Below, piece after piece: positions 44,792 through 52,970 of a stretch of DNA of 64,000 nucleotides. Every line of letters starts with the position of its first letter. Within the stretch, counting starts at the first letter, position 1. The stretch comes from Eubacteriales bacterium (lineage in GTDB: Bacteria > Bacillota > Clostridia > Oscillospirales > CAG-382), in the NCBI GenBank assembly GCA_045538555.1, contig JAZSRP010000049.1:65476-129475 (forward strand), written 5' to 3'. Position numbers and translations under genes: made by a program. Under the pieces are notes generated by a model. That model was not told where the DNA came from and ran no database searches. It saw nothing but the letters and a program-made list of their open reading frames with translations.

Positions 44792-45838
44792 ATGAAATTT
44801 CAAAAACATATAGATTTTCTTCTTGACAACGCTTGTACGAGCATTAAGTTTCTCGTTCATCGAGATTTTTTGCATACACCTTTGACAGAACCGTTTATGC
44901 AGAAGATGCGCGACGAGATATTGGAGCAAGAAAATATTAAAAAGCATCTTGCTTGCCAACATCCCGACGGATGGTTTGGTGACGAGCTTCACGGCGGCGA
45001 ATACGGAATGGAGCGCTCTATCGGTACACTTTTGAATGCAGGTGTTGAAAAAGAACATCCGGCAATCCAAAAAGGTATTCATGCGCTTATTACTCCCGAA
45101 ATATCATCGCAACACAAAAATTGGTTTCACGGCGGCGACGGATTGGACGCCGAAGGCAGAGGTGGTAATAATGCGATTATTGCATCTATTCTTTCTTGGG
45201 TAGGGTATGACGAAACTTATCCCATTTTGGCTGAACAGATCGTGCTCTCTTGGGAACACGTCGAAGCGGTTCGCAATTATAACGCCGTTGATGATTTCAC
45301 CAAGAAAGGCAAAAACGAGAGATACTATAAACCTAACGCTCGTTTCCCCGGCGCGAATCACATCGGATTGCTTAATGCAACACAAAGCTGGCGATCTAAT
45401 GAAAGAATGGAAATTGCAAAAGCTTCTATGAAACACGCCTATGAGTTGATGAAAGATTTTGATGAATACATCACCTTCAAAAAGCCGAAAGAATTAGGAG
45501 GCAGCTTCGTCGGTCCGTTTAACTATAATTGGCAGGCATTAAAGCCGACAGACGGAAAACAGTTATACGAAATTATCAATGATCCGTATAACTTCAGGTT
45601 TGCGTTTTGGCTTGGTTCTGTTTCGGGTGTTCCCGATTGGGTTCGTCAGTCGAACGAAACATATTTTGTCTTGGCTGACTTTCTTGAAAAAGAGGATAAC
45701 GTCGATGTTATCCCCGATAGAGTGTTCAGCGCATTCCGTAGAGTATCGGGCAAAGAACCCAATTATAGAAAACGCTCTACTGCGAAGTGCGATTTGACAT
45801 ATGCATTGCTTCGTGCCGTTTGGAATATGGTGGATTAA
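44792..45838 (+). CDS. hypothetical protein (distant paralog of 41624..42574)
   Basis: 348-aa ORF with GAGG upstream. Shares an N-terminal motif with 41624..42574. Confidence 0.6.
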   Translation: MKFQKHIDFLLDNACTSIKFLVHRDFLHTPLTEPFMQKMRDEILEQENIKKHLACQHPDGWFGDELHGGEYGMERSIGTLLNAGVEKEHPAIQKGIHALITPEISSQHKNWFHGGDGLDAEGRGGNNAIIASILSWVGYDETYPILAEQIVLSWEHVEAVRNYNAVDDFTKKGKNERYYKPNARFPGANHIGLLNATQSWRSNERMEIAKASMKHAYELMKDFDEYITFKKPKELGGSFVGPFNYNWQALKPTDGKQLYEIINDPYNFRFAFWLGSVSGVPDWVRQSNETYFVLADFLEKEDNVDVIPDRVFSAFRRVSGKEPNYRKRSTAKCDLTYALLRAVWNMVD

Positions 45839-45998
45839 AAGGAAAACGGGAAAATCCACGACTGAATTCCGTAGATCCCATCTATGATTTCTGTGTTTAT
45901 CTCAACATAGCATTTGAATGTGTATCAGAACTTATGAAAATGTATCAGAAATTTGTTTGAAAACTAAACGAATCTAAAATTAAGGAGAAAGAGTATAA

Positions 45999-47129
45999 AT
46001 GAGTAAACCAACAATATTTTTCAGCCACTCGTCAAAAGATAAGGATGCAATACTAGCAATTAAGAATAAGTTGGATAATTCAACTGGCGGAGCATTGGAT
46101 ATATTTATGTCAAGCGATGGACAAAGTATTCCTTTTGGTACAAATTGGATACACAAAATTGAGGAAGGTTTGCAAGCTGCGAAAATTATGTATGTATTTG
46201 TAACCGAAGTATCGGTTACTTCTGGATGGATATATTTTGAGGCTGGCTTTGCATATTCAAAAGGAATTCAAGTTGTTCCCGTCGGTATCGGCATCGATAT
46301 TGGAACTCTAAAGGCTCCTTTGAATTTGCTTCAAGGTTTTAATATCACATCTGAGGATAGTTTGAATAATTTTATTACTATTATAAACAGAACATTTGAT
46401 TATCACTTTAAAGAAGCGTTTGATAAAAATGATTATACTGAGATAATAAGTTTAACTTCGTTGAACACAAATAAGGCAGTTGGATTTGAAAAAATTGTTC
46501 GTCAAACAGAATGCTCAATTTACTCAGACCAAACATCTAATGGCGAGAAAAAAGAGTATGACTTAGAGTTATGTTTCAATAAGATAATTGACTACTTAGA
46601 CCGCAATTCTATCAGTTATTCTCGGGATAATAAATATCACGGAATCGAGTCTCGCGTTTGTATAATGGTATATGGAATAAAGATGGTTTACTACAAAGCC
46701 CAAAAGAAAAATCCAAATGTTCGATATTCGTCAGATGAGCCGGGGGAAATCAAGTTTCAAATATCTCCGTATAATTTTACCAAGTCGTTTGATTTACTCA
46801 AGGAATTGTTATTGCTAATGGAAGACAAACCCACCCACTATCTTAGAGTATATTTACAAGATGAGTATGAATATGTGAATTCGGATGAAAACGTAGCATC
46901 AATTATATCTAATGCAGATGGATTCGATTTTAACAAGTCGTATATCGGTGGATACATTTACAACGAGCTGGATTTGCAGTTTTATATTTTCGAGGAACAT
47001 CGCGACATACGAAATCGTCAAACCGATCATTTGATTTCAATAGTATACAAATGTGATACAGTTTGTGCTAACCATATTACTAACTTGCTACACAGACTTT
47101 GCGATATTGGTTTGATTTGTGAAAAGTAG
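45999..47129 (+). CDS. TIR-domain protein with an unassigned ~240-aa C-terminal region
   Basis: AAGGAG upstream. The N-terminus PTIFFSHSSKDKD...IMYVFVTEVSVTSGWIYFEAGFAY fits the bacterial TIR pattern (beta-A FxSxxxxD and a conserved Glu after a WxxxE-like motif). Confidence 0.7.
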   Translation: MSKPTIFFSHSSKDKDAILAIKNKLDNSTGGALDIFMSSDGQSIPFGTNWIHKIEEGLQAAKIMYVFVTEVSVTSGWIYFEAGFAYSKGIQVVPVGIGIDIGTLKAPLNLLQGFNITSEDSLNNFITIINRTFDYHFKEAFDKNDYTEIISLTSLNTNKAVGFEKIVRQTECSIYSDQTSNGEKKEYDLELCFNKIIDYLDRNSISYSRDNKYHGIESRVCIMVYGIKMVYYKAQKKNPNVRYSSDEPGEIKFQISPYNFTKSFDLLKELLLLMEDKPTHYLRVYLQDEYEYVNSDENVASIISNADGFDFNKSYIGGYIYNELDLQFYIFEEHRDIRNRQTDHLISIVYKCDTVCANHITNLLHRLCDIGLICEK

Positions 47130-47258
47130 ATTTGATACATTTTTAGTATCTATCAAAATATGATAAAAGTCCTTGGCTTTTGCTATACGCAACGAAATGT
47201 TGCTTGATTATTCGTGTTACTTTTGATAAACTGAATTCATCAAAAGAGGTGTTGCAAT

Positions 47259-47933
47259 ATGATAGGAGAGAACATAAAAGATTTTAGAGTAAAAAAGAAT
47301 ATAACTCAAGAAGAACTTGCAGAAAAATTGAATGTGACAAGGCAAGCAATCTCAAAATGGGAAAACAACAAAGGCGAGCCGGACTTGAATATGCTTTGCA
47401 ATATCGCAACTGTGTTGTCCGTGACCGTAGAAGAATTGCTTGATGGCGAATGTACTGTTCAAATGGAAGCCATATGCAAAGAAATACAACCTGCACTTCG
47501 CTTTATTGGGAAAAGATACAAGGGTAACGAAAGCATTCGCACCAAGTGGAATCTGTGGAAAGAAAATGGTTGGTTTACTGTTTTGGAAGGTTTGGATAAC
47601 CGATATGGAAACAATTATATCGGCGCAAAACGTATTGTTGATGGCATGTTGGAGTATTGGATAGGCATGATTTTCTTTCAAAATGCTGCAGTCCCTAATG
47701 GGTTTAACTATATTGATATTGATGCAGTAAATTTGGCTGTATTTCAGTTGCGCGGAAAAGCACATAAAATCACTTCCTTTGAAACACATAACCTTTGTCT
47801 CGATGAACTTGACAAAAACGGAATGATACGTTTTGAAGATCATTGGTGTTTTGAGTGTTATGATGATAAGTCTATTGATTACATTGGAACTGACAAATCA
47901 ATGACAATTGATTATAAAATATCCATATTGTAA
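47259..47933 (+). CDS. XRE-family HTH regulator fused to a GyrI-like/effector-binding-like domain
   Basis: The N-terminal ITQEELAEKLNVTRQAISKWENNKGEPDL is a classic XRE HTH. The C-terminal domain resembles 41118..41621. Confidence 0.8.
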   Translation: MIGENIKDFRVKKNITQEELAEKLNVTRQAISKWENNKGEPDLNMLCNIATVLSVTVEELLDGECTVQMEAICKEIQPALRFIGKRYKGNESIRTKWNLWKENGWFTVLEGLDNRYGNNYIGAKRIVDGMLEYWIGMIFFQNAAVPNGFNYIDIDAVNLAVFQLRGKAHKITSFETHNLCLDELDKNGMIRFEDHWCFECYDDKSIDYIGTDKSMTIDYKISIL

Positions 47934-47968
47934 ACAAACAGCCGAGGAATCACCTCGGCTGTTTGTTT
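47932..47968. terminator. bidirectional terminator, 16-bp perfect stem
   Basis: AAACAAACAGCCGAGG (47932-47947) pairs with CCTCGGCTGTTTGTTT (47953-47968). Confidence 0.9.
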
Positions 47969-48009
47969 ATATGCAGAATCTGAAGAAACTATTTTATAAC
48001 AGAAAAGAA

Positions 48010-48924
48010 CTAAATCGTATTTCTTAAAAACAACATATTTCGTATGGCAAAATAAGGACGCCACCATGCAGTTGCAATATGCTGCTCGGGATAATCCGTC
48101 CACCATTGCCAAGTGACAGGAAAACCTCCGTCTTCGGATTGATATTGTTGCAACAGTTCACGTTCTTTCAATAAAAGTTCTTTGTTGTCCTCGTAGAACA
48201 TGCTGTCCTTTGAGAGAATAAAGTCGGACGGTTTCGTATGATACTCGGCAAACCATAAGTCATAATTGGGATTGATACAATGCTTAACTTGTTTTCGAAG
48301 AAGCTCTGCGAACTTGCTCATGTCCAAAAACGAAACTTTGGGCACAATACAATCATCATACAAATTACAAAAACAGGTTGTAACATGCTGTTCATCAAAA
48401 GGAATACTTGCTTCCAAAAAGGCAAACGCTTCTTTTGCAATCGATACGCCCTTTTGATACAATTCCGATTTGGGATCGGCATACCGTATAATAAACCCTG
48501 CAAGACTTGCTGTCGGGTTATATTTGAACTCGCTGCCACCGTCGCCATATGTCCACCATGTTGCATGCGGATGATCGTTGTTGGTCGGAACAACATTCAG
48601 CCATTGCTGATGCACCTCGTCAAAATCTGCACTGCTTTCCAAATAGCGCAAAATTCCTTCAACAATCGGATGCGTTGCATCTTTCCAACCGATTTCTCTT
48701 AACACTTCGGTTGCAAACCATGTCGCAATCGGTGTTGAATTAGGATTCCAGCAATCCGGCTCCAAAGCATAACCAAACCCACCATCTTCGTTTTGATAGT
48801 AAGACAAGGCGTTCATTACAGTTTCTTTACTGCCGTTTTCAAAATGAAATTGCCACCTTGCAAGATCAAGAGGACGAGCGTAGCGATAAACAAAGCTTCT
48901 TGTTTTTTCAAATATACTCATCAT
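48010..48924 (-). CDS. hypothetical protein with prenyltransferase/terpene-cyclase-like QxxDGGF repeats
   Basis: 304 aa containing YQNEDGGFG and YQSEDGGFP motifs. ATGA coupling to the upstream gene. Confidence 0.6.
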   Translation of the reverse strand: MMSIFEKTRSFVYRYARPLDLARWQFHFENGSKETVMNALSYYQNEDGGFGYALEPDCWNPNSTPIATWFATEVLREIGWKDATHPIVEGILRYLESSADFDEVHQQWLNVVPTNNDHPHATWWTYGDGGSEFKYNPTASLAGFIIRYADPKSELYQKGVSIAKEAFAFLEASIPFDEQHVTTCFCNLYDDCIVPKVSFLDMSKFAELLRKQVKHCINPNYDLWFAEYHTKPSDFILSKDSMFYEDNKELLLKERELLQQYQSEDGGFPVTWQWWTDYPEQHIATAWWRPYFAIRNMLFLRNTI

Positions 48925-50003
48925 AGCAACGCTCCCATAAATCTCACGGGCATTTTTCCGTAGTTAACGGATTGAATGGCATCGACAATTTCTGCCTTGC
49001 GTGCTTCGGCATTTGGCAAATCGCAAACGATATCGTTGAGGTCGTACGGACCGTTGCGGAAGTGACCAACAGATGCGCCGTGAAACTCGCCGTCAATAAG
49101 GAGATATTGCAACGGCTCGTGGTCATATTCAAGACCATCAGTAAGGCGTTTTGCATAGTCTTTTAAAATGTGTTCGTGGGATTTATAAAGAAAATCGTTC
49201 CTGTGGAGTGCGTAAACAAAGTGCATTTCCTTGGTTTCATAAGTTTCGAGCAATTCGGCATCGGTTCTGAGCATGAATCCACTGTCGGATGCTACTAAAA
49301 CGCCTTCGGCCACTAAATCGCTCACCGCAAACTTAATTTCCTTTTCGGGCAGTTTATAGAATGATTTTGCCATTGCGGTATCGAACCAAACAAGTCGGTA
49401 TGCAAATTTCTGTAATACGATTTTTAGAGCTTCGTGTCTTGTGTATTTATCTTGGTTTACATTTGGGAACATTTCACCGAAACGATACCAACCTCTATCC
49501 CATTCACCGTCGTACTGGTCCTCATAAATCAAGAACGCTTCTTGCAAACGGTGAAGAATAGGTGTTATCTGCTTTACAAGCAATCCCGTTTCTTCTTTTA
49601 TCTGCTGAATGGTGTACGGACCCGACGTTTCGATAAGTTCAAGAATGGTTGATTGGTCTGCGGTAGGTTTTGTAAGCGGTTTTCGATATAGACCGATAAA
49701 CAATTCCATATCCTCGGGGACGATCCAACCAAGATTACCACCCGAAAAACGACCTTTAATAAGCTCACGCTTTAACTGTCTTTCACGATTAAACTCAATA
49801 TCGTTGAAATCAGTTCTGAAGGAAAGTGTAGGCGGTTCGCCAAAACCGTTCCAATAAACATTCTGCCCCGGTTGCATATCTCGATAAAGGTTTATGTATT
49901 CGCTTTCATCAGCTTTATTAACAAAGCATTGACGCTCCATACGGAGAGAAATGATTTTTTCGTTCATAGTTGCACCATTATTATCAATCGTCATTTTCAT
50001 CAA
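48921..50003 (-). CDS. winged-helix protein, possibly YcaQ/AlkZ (DUF1006) family
   Basis: About 350 aa. The N-terminus is IISLRMERQCF and an internal wHTH-like segment reads ILELIETSGPYTIQQIKEETGL. The start is uncertain (50003 or 49967). The family call is from memory only. Confidence 0.45.
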   Translation of the reverse strand: MMKMTIDNNGATMNEKIISLRMERQCFVNKADESEYINLYRDMQPGQNVYWNGFGEPPTLSFRTDFNDIEFNRERQLKRELIKGRFSGGNLGWIVPEDMELFIGLYRKPLTKPTADQSTILELIETSGPYTIQQIKEETGLLVKQITPILHRLQEAFLIYEDQYDGEWDRGWYRFGEMFPNVNQDKYTRHEALKIVLQKFAYRLVWFDTAMAKSFYKLPEKEIKFAVSDLVAEGVLVASDSGFMLRTDAELLETYETKEMHFVYALHRNDFLYKSHEHILKDYAKRLTDGLEYDHEPLQYLLIDGEFHGASVGHFRNGPYDLNDIVCDLPNAEARKAEIVDAIQSVNYGKMPVRFMGALL

Positions 50004-50166
50004 AATATATACATTGTTTTAAGCACTCACCACAGTTCATACAATTATTATCGACAACGGGAGATGGAAATCCGTTATCATTCTTCACAAACACAATATG
50101 CTCACAGTTACAAGCGCGACAACCAGTGCATAAACCCGATTCGACAACTTTTGTAATGTTATTCAT
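49984..50166 (-). CDS. small 2x[4Fe-4S]-like ferredoxin-motif protein (may be a gene remnant)
   Basis: 60 aa with CTGCRACNC and CMNCGECLKQC. Overlaps the downstream ORF by 20 nt. Confidence 0.45.
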   Translation of the reverse strand: MNNITKVVESGLCTGCRACNCEHIVFVKNDNGFPSPVVDNNCMNCGECLKQCIYFDENDD

Positions 50167-50167
50167 T

Positions 50168-50446
50168 TTATTTTCCTTCTTCTAACAGATCTCTAAGGTT
50201 TTGAATTTCTATACCGTTACCTTCGGGATTTTCACTTTTACCGATGTTTATAAGCTGTTCGCAGGGAAAATTCTTGCATTGTCCGCAATGGTTAAGTCCT
50301 TGGTTAACTGCACAATCGTGAGTATCGCAAGTACCGCCCCAAACACATTTACCTTGAGGTGCAACGATTCTACAACCCTCGCATTTTTTGTCGATCATAA
50401 AAGGACATTTAGCGCAGTCAATTCCGCATACAGATATATTTTTCAT
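50168..50446 (-). CDS. DUF3795-like Cys-rich protein
   Basis: Cysteine pattern CGIDCAKC...CEGC...C...C..HCGQCKNFPC. Confidence 0.65.
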   Translation of the reverse strand: MKNISVCGIDCAKCPFMIDKKCEGCRIVAPQGKCVWGGTCDTHDCAVNQGLNHCGQCKNFPCEQLINIGKSENPEGNGIEIQNLRDLLEEGK

Positions 50447-50467
50447 TTATGTACTCCTTAAACTATT

Positions 50468-51034
50468 TTAGTCTGTATAAAGTTTTCCATAGATAAGGCA
50501 ATCATGCAATCCATCATTCAAAAGAAAGCAATGGCGCAGATGACCTTCTTTTATGAAGCCGTTCTTTTCGAGAACTCGTTGAGATGCGATATTGTTCGGC
50601 TCGACGGATGTGAAGATGCGTTCAAGCTTTAGCTGTTCGAATCCAAACTTTACAACAGCTTCTGTGCAAGCCGTCATAATACCTTTATTCCAATACTTTC
50701 GGTCAAGGAAATAGCCGATATTTGCGGCAGTATTATTGTTTTGAAAATCGCTTAATAGGATTCTGCCCAAAACCTCGTCGGTATTGCGATCTGCAATAGT
50801 CCAGTTATACTCGCGGTATTTCTCAAAAGCGTTGATTTGGTTTTGAATAATTTTCTTAACTTGTTCAAGGTTTGCAGGCGGTTTACCGTATCCTAAATAA
50901 TACTTAAGGGCATCAGCATCACTGTATATTTCAAAATATTTTTCGCAATCCTGCTCTGGCTTAACTTGTCGCAGGATAATGTTTTCATTAACTGCAATCG
51001 CCTGAAATTCAGCAAATATTTCTTTTGATGTCAT
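50468..51034 (-). CDS. GNAT family N-acetyltransferase (RimJ/RimL-like)
   Basis: Trimmed to MTSKEIFAEF with AAAGGA upstream. YWNKGIMTACTEAVVKFGF is a motif A-like region. Confidence 0.8.
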   Translation of the reverse strand: MTSKEIFAEFQAIAVNENIILRQVKPEQDCEKYFEIYSDADALKYYLGYGKPPANLEQVKKIIQNQINAFEKYREYNWTIADRNTDEVLGRILLSDFQNNNTAANIGYFLDRKYWNKGIMTACTEAVVKFGFEQLKLERIFTSVEPNNIASQRVLEKNGFIKEGHLRHCFLLNDGLHDCLIYGKLYTD

Positions 51035-51059
51035 ATTTATATCCTTTCGAAACTGATTA

Positions 51060-51821
51060 TTATATATTTTGTTTTTGTGCGATGATACAATACCAATCAA
51101 ACGAATCAACATCAAAATCAGCAAATGCAGGCATACACGTTATTCTAATATTTCCATATCCTATATTCTTGAGTTTGTTTACAATATCATTTCGCTTGAT
51201 TGGGAAATAGTGTTCTTCAAATATTTCATTTGATGTAATAACACCATTATCCTCGAACGAATATAAAATATTGAAGTCCATAGAACCATCCATATTGTAA
51301 TCCCATAATTGAACGCAGTTTATTTTTGTTCCGTTTATGAAAGTTGGGTTGTATGGCCAAAAACGTTTTCGTTCAACTAATATCTTGTCCCAATTCCTTG
51401 TATCAATATAGATATATCCGTTTTCATTCACAAGTGAATCCATTTGCTCGATTACATCGAATACTTCTGAATTAGTAACATATGGTAGGGAATTTCCCGT
51501 GGATGCAACACAGTCAAATTTGCGATTAAAATGACATCTTATTTTTCTGAAATCGCATTGTGTGAGTTCAATGTAAATATTCTTGATGTTTGCTTTATTT
51601 GCGCATCTTTCAAGCATAACATCACTTAAGTCTGAACCATACAATTCTATTCCTAATTCCGCCAACGGGAGTGTGAGTGAGCCTGTTCCTATACTAACAT
51701 CAAGAAATGATTTGATGTTAGTGCCTTCCAAAATTTTCTGCCAATGCAATATTGTTTGTTGATATTTTCTCTCGGTATCAAAAGCGTCGTATAAATCAGC
51801 TCTATCATATAAACTTGGCAT
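51060..51821 (-). CDS. class I SAM-dependent methyltransferase (small-molecule type)
   Basis: Motif I LDVSIGTGSLTLPLAE and the acidic loop YGSDLS. Confidence 0.8.
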   Translation of the reverse strand: MPSLYDRADLYDAFDTERKYQQTILHWQKILEGTNIKSFLDVSIGTGSLTLPLAELGIELYGSDLSDVMLERCANKANIKNIYIELTQCDFRKIRCHFNRKFDCVASTGNSLPYVTNSEVFDVIEQMDSLVNENGYIYIDTRNWDKILVERKRFWPYNPTFINGTKINCVQLWDYNMDGSMDFNILYSFEDNGVITSNEIFEEHYFPIKRNDIVNKLKNIGYGNIRITCMPAFADFDVDSFDWYCIIAQKQNI

Positions 51822-51905
51822 TATATATCACCCCACTTACTTCGTTTCTTATAACAATCAATCATCGATATATGACATATCATTTAACTTCGATAACAAC
51901 ATCTA

Positions 51906-51934
51906 ATTATACATCATTTTTCTCTACTTTTCAA
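51906..51934 (-). promoter_or_regulatory. consensus sigma-70 promoter of the methyltransferase operon
   Basis: Minus strand: TTGAAA (51934-51929), 17 nt, TATAAT (51911-51906). Confidence 0.6.
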
Positions 51935-52110
51935 TATCTAAGTAATGGGTAAAAAGCGGTGCATAAAGTGGGGCATAATAAGGGGCATAGTCGGTGTGAA
52001 AATACACCAATTATTGTACCGAATTTACAGCTTTTTCTTATCCCCCTTATTTACAAGATCGTTTTTAAAAACGCATCCCCTTTAGGATATATGATAGTAC
52101 TTATATATCA

Positions 52111-52190
52111 AAAACAGGGTTCGCAGGGGGTTAAAACAGCGTTCACACCCCCTAAAAACGAGGTTGCACCCGGAAAAAACGAAGTTCACA
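52111..52190 (+). repeat. four ~15-nt iterons at 21-22-bp spacing
   Basis: AAAACAGGGTTCGCA (52111), AAAACAGCGTTCACA (52133), AAAACGAGGTTGCAC (52155) and AAAACGAAGTTCACA (52176). Confidence 0.85.
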
Positions 52191-52645
52191 TATGATTTAC
52201 ACGATTTTACAGTATTTTCTATCTAAAGTCTTAGAAGATGATTTTGCCCTCCGAAATGATAAAATTTCGGAATGATTTTGAGATGATTCTCCTGTTTTCT
52301 TATGCCCCATTTTCCCCCCTTATTTATGATAAGAAAAATAATAGATGTTTTCGTTATGATAAGAGGTAAATCCCCCCTGTTTCCGAAATGAGGGAGCAGG
52401 TGCAGTCATCCCGAAACGCACCCCAATCATTCCGAAATGACGGTTCCGCAATCATATTGAAATGATGCGGATGAATCCGCAAGAAAATCAAAAATAAAAC
52501 TTTATGCTTGTCATTTTAAAATGATAGGCATTTTTCATTTAGGAGATTATTTCATAATTTCCCATTAAGATGCTATTGTTTTTTACTTGCCAAATTATAT
52601 GTTGTTATTCAATATAACTCCAACAATACGAAAGGAGTGATATTG

Positions 52646-52864
52646 ATGCCAAAGAAAGATATGACTTTGACTGATGCATATAAGCTGATGTTCGTAGATT
52701 ATCCCGATGTGGTAGCGGTGCCGCAATTGTGTGAAATGCTCGGTGGAATCGGTCGTAAAGAAGCTTACAAGTTATTGCACAGTGGAAAGATTGAATATTT
52801 GAATGATGGAAAGGGATTTAAGATTCCTAAAATATGCGTTTTGGCGTACCTACTGAATGAATGA
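52646..52864 (+). CDS. xis: excisionase-type HTH DNA-binding protein
   Basis: ATG at 52646 is 8 nt after GGAG. 72 aa. VPQLCEMLGGIGRKEAYKLLHSGKIEYLNDGKGFKIPK is an HTH_17/Xis-like pattern. The gene lies directly upstream of int. Confidence 0.75.
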   Translation: MPKKDMTLTDAYKLMFVDYPDVVAVPQLCEMLGGIGRKEAYKLLHSGKIEYLNDGKGFKIPKICVLAYLLNE

Positions 52865-52970
52865 TTTTGCTCCGCTTGCGGAGCTACATATCTTAACTGC
52901 TTTCGTAAATTCTCAAATATGAAAGTCAATAAAGGAGGAATTAAAATGAGGTATGTAGAAAGGAATCATT

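Noticed and set aside
41118-45838. Integron-like cassette array (prompted by the Cass2-like effector-binding domain)
   Set aside because: Intergenic gaps are 1-62 nt, leaving no room for attC sites. No IntI-type integrase is present.
45999-47129. Thoeris system
   Set aside because: No ThsA-type (SIR2 or Macro/SLOG) gene is adjacent or anywhere in the island, so the TIR gene cannot be called Thoeris.
51959-52195. 78-aa ORF in the repeat-rich region
   Set aside because: It has no RBS, it runs straight through the iteron array, and its composition is implausible. The repeats explain the open frame better.
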